Of a stretch of DNA of 64,000 nucleotides, positions 11,801 through 26,800 are shown one piece after another. The stretch is from Amoebophrya sp. A120 (Eukaryota; Protista; Dinoflagellata). The notes under the pieces were generated by a model. The model ran no database searches, had not been told where the DNA came from, and saw only the letters and a program-made list of their open reading frames with translations. The position numbers and the translations under genes were made by a program. The DNA is taken from the NCBI GenBank assembly GCA_905178155.1, contig CAJINV010000007.1, positions 2,337,151-2,401,150 on the forward strand. The letters are read 5' to 3'. Numbering within the stretch: position 1 is the stretch's first letter; each line of letters starts with the position of its first letter.

Positions 11801-14800
11801 CCTGTCCCCCGTCGGCCTGAATATCCTCTTTTTGCTCCTTTTTGTCCTCTTTCGAATCAGTGTTGGTTTCATCTTCCTCTTCTTCGTCCCCGTTCCAGAG
11901 TTTGTCGTCGAGCTTCCCGCCATCATCAAGATCCACGTCCCCCATTTCACGGTCGTGCTCCGGCTCTTCTTGGTCTTCTGGGTTCTCGTCCTCGTTCTCC
12001 TTCTCCTCTGCGTTATCAGGCGCCTTCTGGGCTTCCCCGTCCAGATCGAAGCCGACCTGTTTCGTTTTAGAGATGAATCGACGTACTTTACTTTCATTTT
12101 CCTAGGGTTAGACGAACGAGTTGCAATGTGCAAGAACGTGTTGTGGTCCTCTTTGTAGTTGTTATTTCAACCATCTCTATCAACTACAACATGAAGACGC
12201 TCGGCATCATCTAATGCGGACAAAGTACGTCCTCGACACGTGAGGGTGCCATTTGCAAAGCAAAAACCACAACCGCAAATCGTACCTCTTTCGCGGTATC
12301 CTTTTCATCCTCGGGCGGCGGGCAGTCGTCTGGGTTTTCGTCGCCTTTCAGGCCCTCCAGCTGCGCTTCGTCCTCAATTTGATCCGTGATGTCGCGGGCA
12401 CCCTCCCCTGCGCCCAAACCAGTACCGTCCTGCCACTCGTCGGCGTGGTTGCCCTCGCCCTGTTGAGTTAATGCAAAAAAAAATATAGTACGTGAAGATG
12501 GTGATCCTCACCCCAGCCAGAGTGTGTGTGTGGGAATTTCATTTGAACACGAGAAAATGGATGAGTTGCTCCAGGTCTAGACACGGACTGATCACAGACA
12601 TTAAGATTGCATTCGCATTTGCAGAATCAACTACAAAAAATGTCAACAGAGACACAGCAACAAATCTTAAATCTGAAAGGAACATCAACAAGAGGCCGAA
12701 TTTTCCTTACCTCATCTCCCTCTCCGTCTTCGTTGCTTCCCCTATTGTAACCGTTGTCGAAGAGAAAATTGATCAACTCGAGCGTTTTCGCACAACAGAT
12801 CGACAAACCGGCGAGCGTCTGCAGGCTGGTCGTCAGCATCGCCTCGTGCATCAATGCGACCTGCGTCAAAATACCTGCTGTCTCCTGGATTTCCCTATTT
12901 GCGGGGTTGTCCAACACGTAGCGGGACAGTTTTGCGAAATGCGGGGAGAAGAGGGAGTGCCGTTGGTGTGGAAGAGCTGGAGCGTTGGGCTCTACCGCGC
13001 GATCCGTACTGGTGTCAACAGCACCCGTACAAGATCTTGGGAGTGCGAAAGTCGGCTGCGGGGTGGTTGTGTTTTCCTCCTCCAGATCGGCCTTTTCCGC
13101 CGCGGTGGAACAAGAAACGAGCTTCCCGGTCCGATTCGCTTCTTCAGTTTCCAGCTGCAGTTTCGCTGCTTTGTGGGAAACAGAGGGATCTCTCGTCAAT
13201 GTGGTCTGGATGGTGTCCTGGAGAACCTGCATCGCGGTGCGGAGAAGGATGACACGGAAGGGCTCTTGAGTTGTTGAGCTTGAAGAGTCATCGCCGGGGG
13301 CGGGAGATGCTTGTTGTTCCTCTTTGAGAATATTAGATGAACCTGCTGCTCCTGCGATGATTTTTTGGCTCGTCGTTGATGCGCCGCTCGACGCTGCGCC
13401 ACCGTAGATTTTCTGGAACTCTCCGACGACCACGGCAAACGCGGCCACACAGTTCTCGTGAAGCGATGTTGGCACCGATTTTGGAGTTGTGTCACGCATC
13501 AGCTGCACCTGCTTCGATAGAGCTTCGCCGCAATAACTTCTCAAATTATCCAGGAACGAGGCGCGGACGAAAACTGCGTTCTTTTGTGATGATGTTGTCC
13601 CTCCTGCTGTCTCTGTCAAAGAGCCAAACTCCGCACTATTCAGCACGTAGCACTGGTACTCCGGGGTGGCCTGCAGGTACAGCTTCGCCGAGTGCAGCAA
13701 CTCCCGAACCAATGCGAGCTGCGCGATCAACTGCGAGCTCGCACCGACGATCTCGTATCCACAGTAAATTTCCCGTACACGTACAAATGCGGTCTCTGCA
13801 TGACAAAACTTGGCTTCGATTCTAGTTTAGCATGACAAGTTTTACGCTCCAAATTGGCGAAGTTTGTGATGCATCTTGTACATGTACGGGAAATTTGTAT
13901 TGCATATCTCGATACAGGACTCCACGAAGAACTCGTACTGCCGGACCGACTCGGCCGCAATGTCGATCTGTCGAAAGAGGTGCGTGAGAGATGTCAGGTC
14001 GCACAGCACAAGAAGCGGTTGATTTTTTCCCGTTTGTTGTTCGGCTGTTGATTTTTTGCTGCAAGAACTTCCGCTAATTTGTTCTTCTTGGACAACATCT
14101 ACATCACTCCCATCTTCAAAGCTAGAGGACCGCAAAATTGCCATCAAGCTGCCAAACGCCTGCATTTCCCTCGCAGCAGCCACGCATCGCTGGCGGTGCA
14201 AGCTGACCAGTCGGACCGCCTCAGTCGCGATCCCGACGTACTTCAAGTACTCGACGTTGGTCAGATCCTGGGGCGGCTCCTTGCGGCTGCGGATCCGCAG
14301 GAAGGAGTGCATCGCCGTGTACAGGTTGTGCTCAATCACCGGCCAGAGCTGGTTCCGCTGACGCGTCAGGTTGGACTCGAAGGATAAGTTTGTCATGCCG
14401 GAGCTCGTGGTCCTCTCTGTGGTCATCAAGGTCAGCTGAAGATGTTCAACATCAGTAAAAGAAGCAAACCCTCCTCCACCTCCGAGCAAGCAGGATGGCT
14501 GCATGTGGGTCGCAATTTCCGGGAAGGGTGTCGTGAAGAGTTCGATCCCGGCGTTCAGCATTTGCGCGGAGCTGCAGGACCGGTATTTGATCCCGTACGA
14601 TTGCAGCTCGTCCTTGATCCCCTGCAGTTGCCGCTTCTTCAGCTGAATGTTCACACTCTGGTCTTTCAAGCTCTCGAGCACGTTCGTGACCCCCTGCGCG
14701 AAGTCCTGGCCGAGAAACAGCCCGTTGATGTCGTAGTTGCCCTCATCGGCACTTCGGAACGCCCAGAGTTCGGGAAGCACTTTCGTTTTCACCAAACTTG

Positions 14801-17800
14801 TCATGCGCTCCCTGATGGAAAAGATCGCGTCCGGGTGGCGCCAGAACGCGTCCGTGTCGGAGAATCGAAGTTTATTTCCAGACGGTGACTTCGTACCTGT
14901 GTTCTTGCCATCAACCTCGACGACCAGCAGGTACGGTTGCAGTATAGAAGACGAGAAATTCGTCGAAAAAGATGTTAGCGCGCTCAGCTCTTCGGTGTCG
15001 GTCGTCATGCCTGCTGTACTACCATAGTCGTGTTCATCAACATCCTCCAGTCCGTCATCCACGATGACATCTTCCGGGCCCAAATCCGTTTTCTCGATGT
15101 GCGTTTGCAACTGCCGACTCAAGACCTGGTCGGTCTGCTCTTGCAAAGCCACGTCGAAGCGTTTCGCGATCTTGGCCAGCTGGCGGTGGGATCGCTTCAC
15201 GGAGTCTCGCATGGCGGTGAAGTTCGACAGGTCCCACCGGACGATCTTCCGCAAATCGTTGATTTCCCGGTCCGCCTGCTCCCGCGCCTCCCGGAGCGCC
15301 TTGTCGACAACCGGGACCCAACGGCGGGAAAACCGGTGGACGTGACGCAGAATGTTCGTGATTTTAGACAACGGAGATGAGGTTAAGGAAGATGATTTTA
15401 TTTCCGTTGTGGTACTTCCGTTTATTTCGACGCAAGACAAATTTCTATCTTGATGCTGTTGTTGCTTTTCCAAAAGCGAAGACAACGCGCCGAGCATGCG
15501 GGTCCGGAGATGGAACTGCGCGACGGGACACATGCGGAGAAACCGGAGCAGCTCGTCAATCAGTTCTTCGGATTTGAACGAAGGACTTCGGTCCTCGTCG
15601 GAGCCTTCACCAACAGCGTGCTGGCCATCTAGTTGTACTTCTTCACCAGCCGCTGTAGCATGATCTGGCATTTCAGCATCTTCCTCGCAAGACAACTCCG
15701 AACACGACCCCGGCTTCGACGAATTTCTGTCACTGGAGAAATACCCCGAGACCAGCTTCACCAATCGTAACAGCCATATCGTGCCCTTCTGTTGCCAGTA
15801 GCTCTCGCGGTTTTCGCGCAAGAGTCGCCAGTCTCTCACCTGCCGCATTCGCAATTCCACGATCAGCTTCTCGACCCCGACGAGCAACGGCTTCAGCGAC
15901 ACAAAGGACGCCGCGACCTCCTCCCAGAATTGGCACTTGTCGCGCAGAAGTTCCAAGTGCGTGAGTACATGGATCGCGGGGGTTTGCAGCAGACTCAAAC
16001 GGAACATCCGGCTCACCTGCTTTTGAATGTTCACCAGCGCAGGGTGCGCTTCGTACTCGAGGAGTAGCTCTCTGACTCGGTTTTGGATTTTTTCCAGATG
16101 CGGCGCCACGGCGGTCAAATCCTGCGGACTAGAGGCGGAGTAGAAACTGCAGCCGGATTCCTGGTCCAGCTCGGACTCGTATTCTTTAAGAGTGACGTTC
16201 TTCCGACAGGCAAACTCATCTTCGTATTTCGATTTCAACAGGTCCTCGATGGTTTTGTTGGACTCTTGCTCCTGGTGTGAGCCGGTGCTGGTCGAAACGG
16301 TTGCTGGCTGTGACTGCAGCTGAACAGCATCGGAAGTTTTGGCTGCCGGCTTGCCGTCAGAATCCTGCAGCTCCTTGCCACTCTCCATCTGTGCTGCACC
16401 TCCCGATGTGGCGGTAGACGGGGCTCCTGCAGTTTTGTTTGCGAACAATTTCCGATCAAGCTCGTCGTCGTCTTGGTCCAGAATTGCCAACGGCTGGTCG
16501 GCGAGCAACTTCACGGACTTCCCGAGCTTGAGTGCCACCAATGGCTGGATCAGATGCTTCATGTCAATCGGGATAAGCTTATTTCGAGAAGCAGCGCCTC
16601 CGTCTGAACCAGTACCAGAAATTTGTTCTTCGGTCGAAAAGTTCGCGGTCAGAAACATTTCGAGCGAAGTCGACAAAGCCTCCCCAAGTGCTTCCTTGGC
16701 GCTCTGCCGGCACTGCTCCTGGTTTGCCGCGCTGCTTTGCTGTTTCTGATACTGTTCCGAGGATGTGAAGGTGCTGGAACTGTCGTCCTCGAACGCGATA
16801 AGTGCGTACTTGCAAAGCAGGTCGAGTTGCTTCTGATCCACGAGGTTCTTCTCGCGCTGCTGTTGCTGATGTCCACTTTGTTGCACGACTGCGCCCATTT
16901 GCTGGTCAGCCGCAGTCTGTTCCAATCCTTTGGCGACATCAGCGTCGAAGAAGCCGTCCTGCAGCTCCTTCCGCTCCTCTTCCTCCGCGATTCTCCGGAT
17001 TTCGTCTTCGTTGGACGGGAACAGCCGTGCGATGTCTTCCTCCAAATCCGACTCCGGATCGGCTTCCTCATCTACTCCGTTCATCACCCCGGTCTTTTTG
17101 TACTGAAACTGCCTGTCCTGCTCCATTTTTTCCTCCTCAATCCGCGACATCTCCTCGCAGTGTTTGATCGCCACTTGCTGGAGAAGAGTCCAGACCCTCA
17201 CCACCGGCACAGGGACGATCGACTCGACCGGTTGGAGAGATGATGTTGATGTGGAGGTAGTAGAACCGCCCTTTCTAGGTCCACCACTCTGGTGCACTTT
17301 CTTCTGCTTCGAAGCTGCCCTCTTTGTAGCAGTGCTTTGCTTTTTCACCTGGATCTTCTTCACCTCCCTCGTCAGCTTGCCTTTCACTTTTTTCACCGGC
17401 GCTTCCTCCTTCAGCCTCCGTTTCTGCTCCAAAACCTTACGTTTCGCCAGAAAAACCGCCTCGCGCTTCTTCCGGGCAAACTCAGCGGTCAGATTCGGCT
17501 CCGATCGGGAGTGCAATTTCGTGACCGCGCGCCAACGCAAATGGTAAAGTGCTTGCTCAGCAAGGGAGGAAGTGGAGTAAGTCGTGGTCGATAAGGTTCT
17601 TGTGTTGTCCTCATCTATATCGACGCCAGAAGACTGCTTTTTGTCAAGACTTCCAGCACTTCCGTCTGTCAGCGCCGCAACCTGCGGCAGAGAAGCGAGG
17701 TGCTTGGCCCGGAAAGACCTAGAGCCCATCTTTCCAGAGGACTGTCCGATGGTGTGGTTGCCGATGTTCTTGCGGTTCAGCCGCACCAGGTGAAGTCCGT

Positions 17801-20800
17801 GGACGAGCGAGAGGCACGCTAGGCCGACAGGCTCGACGAGTTCACAATACAATGGGAAATCCGCTTCCAGCTTCTTCACGAACTGCTTGACCGAGTCGGT
17901 CAGCAGCCGCAACCTCCCATCGAGGACCAAGTGCTGCTCTATGAAATGCTCGGCTGTTTTATTGTCTTCTGCAGTTTCGCTTCTTCGTCCGGCACTGTCA
18001 GTTGTACCAGGTTCATTTTTCTCAGTCAGCTGCACAAACGCCTCCAGAAATTGCCGCACCTCCTGCACCAGTTGTTGGTAGCTAGGTGTTTCCAGCCCCG
18101 TCGACTCTTCGCTGTCGGCAGTGTAGAAGGAAGAAGCGGTTACGGAGGGGACACAGTCGCGGACGTAGGCTGCTAGAGCAGAAAATGTTGAATCCCTGCA
18201 CTTCATCTCATCGGTTTCTCCGTTTCCACCACAGTGAGACAGAATCGCGAGCGGCGGTCTGACGCAGCTCCACTGCTGCAAGTCCTTGATCTCGCGCTCG
18301 ATTTTCTGAATCTGTGACTCGTCGCATTTACTTTTCTTCGTCACGACCCTGCCGTCAATCAGCTGGTCGCAAATGGAAGTGACCCGCTGGCTGTTACGTG
18401 TCAAATCCCGCTGCGCTTTTAGCTCGGTAATCCCTTCGCCAACCGCCTCCCGAAAATCCACGGAGCCAGGGACTAAAATCGTTCCAGCACTCAAACGCAA
18501 CTTCGCGAGGGACAAATGGACCCAGCAGAGGCCACGCGTGTACTCCAGCTTCTCGGTGTAGCAGTTCGGATTCCTGAAGTAGTTATCCACCAAAAGTTCG
18601 TGCAGGAGATCCAACACCGGTAGGAGGTGGGCGTTAGCGATGTTCGTCCTCTTGCTCTTCTCAGCGTTGTTCTTCATCTCCAACTCGCAAACGAGTGACA
18701 GATCGTTCTGTACGTCGATCAGTCTTGCCAGAGCGGAGTTTGCCACTTCCGCTGTCACGACCGGTATTTGCATAACTTCCTCCAATGCCGCAAAGAGGCA
18801 AACGAGTTCGACTTTCTCCCCGTGCAGAGGCTGTTTTGCAAGTTCCTGTTCCAGAGTCTTGAACAAAAGCAGCCAGTCAGCCGTGTTGTGGATGTGGTTC
18901 ATTGGAGAAGTTGTAGAAGTTGCCGCTGCTGGTACTGCTACAGCGGAACCTCCGCAAGACGATCCTGAAGATGATGATCTCGTTGTTTCTACCTGCGCGC
19001 CAAACAAATGTGTCAAATGACCCACGATGGCATCGCGATCTTGGATAGCTGCGTTGGCGTCCAGGCGCTTGACATAGTTCAAAGCAAAAGCCGGCGCGTA
19101 TCCGTTGAGAAGAAGTGCGGAGCCAGGAATCGACAAAACGTCTGTGCATGCGGTTGCAGTAGTTCCTGCACCGGAAATAGAATCGTTGTTGTAGGCAAAA
19201 AGCTCCTTTGCCTCCTCTTCCGTTTCTTCGTTTATTGGCGCAAGCACATCCTCGATAGCCTTCAACAGGTTGTAGCGGAGCTCGTGCTGGAAATAGTCGC
19301 TGTCCGCTGTTTCGCTGTTATTCCCAATTGCTGATGTTGTCATTCCTGAAAACGATTTCAAATTTCCCAGCACCTTTTTCGACACCCCGCTCTTGAGAAG
19401 TAACTCAATCGTCTGTTTGCTCAGGGTAAAAGAGCCAGACGAGGACGAATATGTGGTCCCTGGTGTCGTCTTTAATATTTGGTCTCTGCCAGCAACCACC
19501 ACCGCCATCCGCATGTTGCTTGAAATAGCATCGGAATTCATCTCCCGCAAGACGGCTTCCACAGAGGTAGATGAGCCACAAGTACTGTCGGAGTCGGAGT
19601 TGGACGACCTTTGCCACATCTTGTCCACCAATTCGACGAGTTGGTACCGTCGCCAGGCCCTTTTCCGGGCTTCCCGCATCTTCTCGCTCTCGACGTTCCG
19701 CTCCTTCTCAACCCTGTCCTTCTTTTGCTGGAAGAAGCTCTCATCCACGTCGGTGTTACCCTGATGTTGCATCATTTCCACGTTGACAAGATCACTTTCC
19801 CCATTCGCCACCGCTTCGTGCTTCTTTCGCTGCGCGGTCGCCTCGTTTTGACAAATGGTCGCAATCGCGGAGTGCAGGAGCGTGACGTCTTCCTGCTTGA
19901 GGAGGGTCGACGTCGTGTTGGTCGTTTTATTGATGCTACTTCGGCGCCCCTCCTTCGTGCTGCCAGACCAAGTGTCAACACCCTCGTTCAACGGCCTGCA
20001 GAACCGCAGCAGCGCCAGCAGTTCCAAAACAACCGTCAGTGGCAAACTCGTGTTGTGCAGCAAGAATTTCTCGGCACAGAATTCCGCCGCCGAGTGGTAC
20101 ACGGGACGGAGCTCCAACTGGTTATTTTCCGCTTGTCCTTGACCAACTGACGAGGACGACGACGGAACAAGCTCCAGCGGTTTCTTCAACCCACAAGCGT
20201 CCGCAAGTTGCTTCATCACGTTCCCCAAGTTTTCATCCTCGTCATCGCATGGAACAAACGACGAGTACGCTGCAAACAGTGGGTGAGAGTAGAGTATCGA
20301 GACCCAGTACAATACCGCTCGCTGCACCTTCAGCGTCCATTTTTCGTTTTTCACCAACAGGTCGTAAATCCGGGCGGCGGCAGTCAGGAACAGAATGGAG
20401 ACTTTGTCCGGCAGGTGGTCGTTCTGGCTCGTCAAAACGAATTTCCGCAAACCTTGAATCAGTCGGTGGAGAAAAGCGATGACTGGGTGGGGTAAGAGGT
20501 GCAAGTTTTTCTGCAGAGACGTTTTCGACCAGGACCCCACAGTTTTCACCTGTTGCACCAACGAGGAACTCAGCTCCGCTCCGGTCGCCGCGTCCAGCTT
20601 CACCGTCAAGTCCAACATTGCAAGGGCTCTCTGAACTTCTTTTGATTGGATCTTCACCCTGTCGGCCAAATGGTCTTTCAAAGCCGGCTGCCAGGGCGCG
20701 GAGTCAAAGTGTCTCAAGTTTTCAATGTCGCTGGTGGAAGTGGAAGCTCGGTCAAGGAAAATAACCAAACACTGCACGACGTCCTGGCTCGCTAAAGCGG

Positions 20801-23800
20801 CGGTTCTCAGCGCCAGCGCCCTCCGGTTCAACACGTTGACCGGCGAAAAAGCGGCTGCAGCGGAGCTGTCTAACTGGGAACAAGAAGTCAGGGCGATTGC
20901 GGTTTCCAGGAATTTATTGCTTGTTCTTTCGTCCTCTTCAGCCGACTTCTGATCGTTGTTGTTCATCGCCGCACGCATTCCGGCTTGTAATCCCGCGATT
21001 AAAAATTTCTTGACGAACTCCGGCGCCCGGGGAATCTCGCACAAGTACGTTTGCAAGAACAACGCCTCCCACAAGGACTCGTTAACGTCGGCACCGGCAG
21101 AAGTTGTACTAGCGGTACTAGTAGCGTTATCCAGCGTCGCAACCAAGGAAACGAACTTCGTCAGTGTTCGGTAGCTGAAAGGAGCTTTCCCCAGGTTCAA
21201 GACGTGCGACCAGCACTTGTGCAGCTCCTCGTTTTCCGAAATCTTGCGCTGCGTGCTCTCCGGGTCTAGCGTCCCCGCGGAAAAGTCGTGCAAAGAGCTC
21301 CAGCAATGCGTCACCGTGGCGTGGGTCAGGGCAAGAGCGAGGGAAATTTTCCGATTCAGTTGCTCAGCTCCTCCAGAAGTCATCTTCTTGGCAGTCGTTC
21401 TGTCGACATTCATCTGCACGACGCGAAGGCAGTCCAGCACGATAGCAACTGGCGGACTGATGGTGAAGAGGTTTTGATTGCGCAAAGTCTGCATCCAGCG
21501 GAAGAAAACGTCGTGCTGCCGTCCAGAAGGTTTCTGTTCGAGGAGAACGGTTCCGGTTGCTGTTTCTTGCATGCCGCCTTGCAGGTGTTCTTCGCAGTCC
21601 CCTTTCGTAAGAACGTCTTCTAGCGCAAGGCTGAAATGCTCCGTAACAGTGGGAAGACACAGCGGCGAGACGATATTACTATTAGAGTCCTCTACACTTC
21701 TACCAGCAAGAACAGCGGATGTAGCTGAAGCAGACGCTATCCCTCCCGAAACAAACACTTCCAAACACCGATTCCTTAACGCCTTGGAGATCTGTCGGCT
21801 GGTGTCGTGGGTCACGTCGCAGGTCAGGAAAATCCTGAAGTCCGGATGCGGCTTGACGACCCGGTCTGCGCCCGATTCGGATACTAACAAAAACCCGTTT
21901 GGCTCCAGAAGACTGTTCAACCTGTCGAGCACCGCGGGCGCGCAAAACTGTGCATGGGACAGCAACACAAAGTCACCTTCCAAAATCCCAGACACCAGAG
22001 AGCCGTCGATCCATTCGAAGACGGAAGCGGAGTTTTGCCGATTGATCAGATTCTGTAGTTGGGCGTAAGTATTCTGGATCCGCTCGTCGTTTTTCCTCGC
22101 CGGGGCGTTCAGGATCATGCGGAAACCGGAATCCAGCTGTTGGAGCTTGTCGAGATGGCTTTTCATCTGTCCGGACTCATCGTCTTCAATCGTGTTCTCA
22201 ATTTTCCCGAGCAGCACTTCCAGGTCGTGGTTCTTCTTGCTCTTTATCTTTACCACCATCTCCTTGCGCAAAGCGAAGCACATTTCCCGGACTTTTCTGA
22301 AAAAACCCGCAATATGCCGCTTTTCATCGTAGTTCTCGAAGCAACCTAGTAATTCACTGGCGTCCATACTGGGCGTCAAACTGATTTCGCGCACTTTTCG
22401 GCCCGCCGCGGCACCCAGGGTCTTCACGAGGGCGGTTTTACCGCTGTTCGGGCCGCCAGAAATCAGTAAGGGCCACTTCAGGTTAACCGCGTGGATGGCG
22501 GTTTTTAAATAGACGGTTTGGTCGGACAGGAGAGCAAAGTGCGAAGACGCGGAGAAATTCTTTTGTCGTTGGGAAGATCCAGTGTTCTGGTGCAATAATT
22601 TTGCTTCGCCAACAACAATACCGCCGTACGCATCGCCGTCGATGGCGACGCTGCTGCTCTGGAGCCAAGAAGAATCTTCTTGGCATGTTTTGGAAACTGC
22701 TTCTGGCCCAGTTTTCTTTTCATCGCAGACCTGCTCAGCAGGCACTTTATTCTTAGAGAGCAAGTCCGGCTTGCCAATGACCGTGACGAGAGCCTCCCGA
22801 TGAAGGGCCAGCGCGTCAACATCTTGATCTGCAAGGGAGCTAGTACAACTTCCGAAATGCTTTCTGACCAGCTGCATCGCAATGATTCGATCACTGCTGC
22901 GCCTCAACCGGGACACAAAGAGCAACTCCGCGGAACTCCCAGGTTCCTCCGTCGGCACTTTGTTGACCAGAAGTTCGCAAAACCGGAGCGCGTCCCTTAA
23001 GTTCCAGTCCCAGTCACTCGCGCCGTCGAAGTGCTTTTCCCTGGCGACCCGGCCAATCTCCGAGACGAATGCCGTGGCTTTCTTGATCAGGGTTGCATCC
23101 AAAATACCAATCGAGGAACTAGTGCTGGTAGTTGCTGTTGTTCCACCTCCGAACTGGTGCATGCAAATGTGCTCCAAATCCGCGGCATCCAACTCCGCCA
23201 ACACAATCTTCGTGAACCGGTTCAGAAACGACCTCGGCAGACCCTTCCGCCCGCCCCCCTCCTGCACCGGGTTCTGGGCGGCGAAGAGGCGGAAATTGGG
23301 ATGCGTTTTCACCACCTGGTCGATTTCGGGAAGGTAGACTTCGGAGCGGTGATCCAATAGTGCGTTTAAGCCCTCCAGCGCGGACTGGTTCGCCAAGTTG
23401 ATTTCGTCCAACAACACCCAGTCGCCGGCTTTCATGGCTTTCAGCAACACTCCGTCGCACCACTGGAAACGAAGAGCCTGTTGGTCAACGTCCTGGTTAC
23501 CGTCAGCGGTTCTCGTTTTGTTCAACATCTCAGTGGCTTTCGGAGAGGTGGATTCCGATGTGGTGCTTCCACCTTCTGGTGGAGTAGAAGTAGTCTTCAC
23601 AACTGCATCACCAGTCGGTGCTCTTGTTTGTTCCTCTTGCTCCTGAGCTGGAGCTTCTGCGCTGTCCGCCGCTACTGGCAAGTCGGACCCGAGCAAATCT
23701 ACCATGTCAGTTTGCTCCGACAAATTGATCCTGACCAGTTGGTTCCCGGTCTTCGACGCCAAAGCCTGCACAACGGTGGTCTTCCCGACGCCCGGAGGGC

Positions 23801-26800
23801 CTTCCAATAGGATCGCGCGTTTCAACTGCAACCCGCGGAGAATCCGGCCGACGTTGCACGCCGTGGACGGGGCTTGAAAGGAAAAGTTGGCTGTGTCGGT
23901 CGTGATAGTGCTCGTCTTGCTGTTATGTTCTTGCATAGCAACAACTTCTTGGCTTTTGAGTGCTTTCTGCTCTGCTTCTGTTCCGTCGTGCTCATCGGAA
24001 GCCGACGTGGTTGACGATAATGGAGACTGCTCTAGCCCAGGAACAAGACCTTCTTCACCATCAACGGCCATCGGATCGTCTTTCTCAACATCACAGGCTC
24101 TCTCCTCTTCCATATTAACAGGCACTGCAGCTTTGTCGCTGCTGCCAATAGAGAAGATGCTACTTCCGTTGAACATGCTGCCGCCGAGAGCTGCACCAGG
24201 CGACGCACCGTTGGCTCCTCCCAGACACAAACTCTCCCGGACCCAGGCGAACCCGTCCGCTCCAAACTTCGCTTTCACCTTCTCGGCTTGTTCCGCGGAA
24301 AGACTGCCAAAACTGTCCATCTGCTGCATCAAATAGTCCATCACGATTTTTTTCTGCTCTACGGCATTCGTACTGCCGCCCGATCCGATCGCGTTTCCCA
24401 GTCCCAGCCCATCGAACAAAACCAGAAAGGCGCCGTGCAGGTAGATGATCGCGAGGGTCTCGTCGCTGATGGAACTTTTTTCCATCGTGCTGTCTCCAGC
24501 CTCCTCGGCGTTGTTCGCTTCTTCACGACCAGCATCATCATTTTTCAGCGCGTTCGTCTTGACAAAGTCCATCCACGCGAGCACTTCACGCATGGACAGC
24601 GGGAACTGCGCCTTCGCGTTGAACCAGCGGATACAGTTCAACAGCGGGAAGCACACCGAGCCGAGGCGGTCCGTCAGCCTCGCCCGGATGAGAAATTCCG
24701 TATCCGACGATGAAAAGTCTACCGCGGGGAGCCAGAGCTCCGTAAACCGGTTGCGCAACGTATCCTGAGTAAAAACATCCCCACACCAGAGTCAAGATGG
24801 GGATTTTGCAACACAAGCCTAGAGCTTTTGGGGGTCACGCATCACAAGTTGCAGTCCGTAGCGTAGTGCAGGTTCGCAAGGCCAGCTGCATCAGAAATCC
24901 ATCTGCTCGTCCTGTTTACAGCATTACAAATTCCAAAACACGACTAAAAATGCCTCTCCTGGCGATGCGCATTACAAAAACAAATGTTCCTGTCATTGCA
25001 AATCTGCATGACAACTCTGGTGTGGGGACGTTTTTACTCAGGATACAACGCCGGGGAGAGTTCCTTCTTTCCGAAATCGCCACCCGGGTTCATGGTAGCG
25101 AAGATGCGGAAGTCTTGTTTAGCGAAGACTGAGATCAGATCCTTCGCGTCATTCCCACCGGTGGGCTTCTCGGCGAGCACGAGCGAGCGGTCTTGCTCGA
25201 AAACGGAGTTCAACCGTTCAATCACCGCGTCGTCCGCCAGGGATATCTCGTCGATCAGGAAAAACCCGCCCTCCTTCATGGCCTGCGGTAAAGGCCCGTC
25301 TTGCCACTCGAACAGCGCCGTTGCGCGGGTCCCGTCCTCAATCGCTTGCTTCAAATGCGTGGTGAAAGACTCGAAAGGTTGTAGACTCGCTGCTTCGCTA
25401 GACGAAGCCCGCAAGAAACGGGGCTTAAGCACACTCTCGGGGGCTCCGAAATAAAGCTTTGAAGCGTCAAAGTCTCGCAGGACCTTGAGCGCGCCGGGAA
25501 TGGACTTCTTTTTGACAAGTTGATACTGCAACGGGTGACGGAACTCCTTTTCGATTTTTTCCACGAAGCTGTCAGTAGGCTTCTGCTCTATTGTACTAGA
25601 GGAGGTTTGATGTTCGTCCACCTCGAGCTTTATTTGCAGCAGCTTTTCGCAATTGCTGAAAAAACTCGCTTTCAGACCGTCTCTGCCGCGGATAGGCCGC
25701 AGACTTCCGACGAAATCCGCTGCTTCGGTCTGTTGGTGGCAGTTGACGATGCGGAGACTTTGCTCTAATTGAAAACGACCAGCGTTTGATGTTGGCTCCG
25801 CGATCTTTATGTGGTCTTCTTCTTCTTGTTGGTCGACAATTTCTTTTTCAGCTACCGGAGCTCCTGCAACAGCATCAGCATCGACATCCTCTCGCAACCA
25901 CGCCAGTGCCTGCACGATCGTCGTCTTCCCGCACCCAGTTTCGCCGACCAAAAGTGCAGGTTCGTTGTACTCCACACACCGCGCGACCAAAGCGCACATG
26001 CGGCACAGGGACTGGGTCCAGACCAAGCCCTGCGGCCCGGAGGGGCAGTTCGCTCGGTCTTTCTCCAGCTTCTTCGCAAACTTCTCCATAATTTCCTGCA
26101 CAAAGCGGTCCTCCCGATAGTCGATGCGCACCTTGGCGTTCATCTTCACATGCTTCTCGAGCATTTCCTCGACGATCACCTGATCGGAGGGCTTCCGAAG
26201 CCGTTCTCCGAGTAACAAAAAGCCCTCCTGCAACAACTCCTCCACCCCGTCCGGCTTCCGGTTCGCCCAGCGGAGGAGGTCGCGGACCGTCATGAAGGAG
26301 TTTTTCCCCGAAAACAAACTGCTGTTCGACCGGTGCTGCTGCAGGTCCTGGAACACCGCAAGCATGATCTTCGCGTAACTCGGGGGGAGCTCACAGCGCT
26401 TTTGGAGAATCAGTTCCAACTCTTTCACCGTCAGGTCGTCGACGAAAACCTCCAAAAACCGGTTGCGAAATGCCCGGGACAGCTGCTTCCGACCCCCGTA
26501 GAGCGCGTTCGCCGGATTTTGCGTCGCGAACAGCTGGAAATCCGGGTGGGGTTTCACAACGGTGTTCGTGTCCGGGATGTACAGTTCCCGGTTGTCGTCC
26601 AGAACGCGGTTCAGCGCTTCCAAAATTTCCGTCGGGGCGAGGTTCAGCTCGTCCAAAATCACCCAGTCCCCGTTTCGCGCCGCCTTCACCAGCGGGCCCT
26701 CCTGGAACACCAACGACCCCGTCGCGCTATCGCACACGTACTGCCCCAGATATTCCTGCAGGTCGGTGTGTTCGTGGTTGTTGATGCGGACGCATTTGTG

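Noticed and set aside
10279-12158. Long plus-strand S/F/L-rich ORFs
   Set aside because: Antisense shadows of the D/E/K-rich midasin tail.
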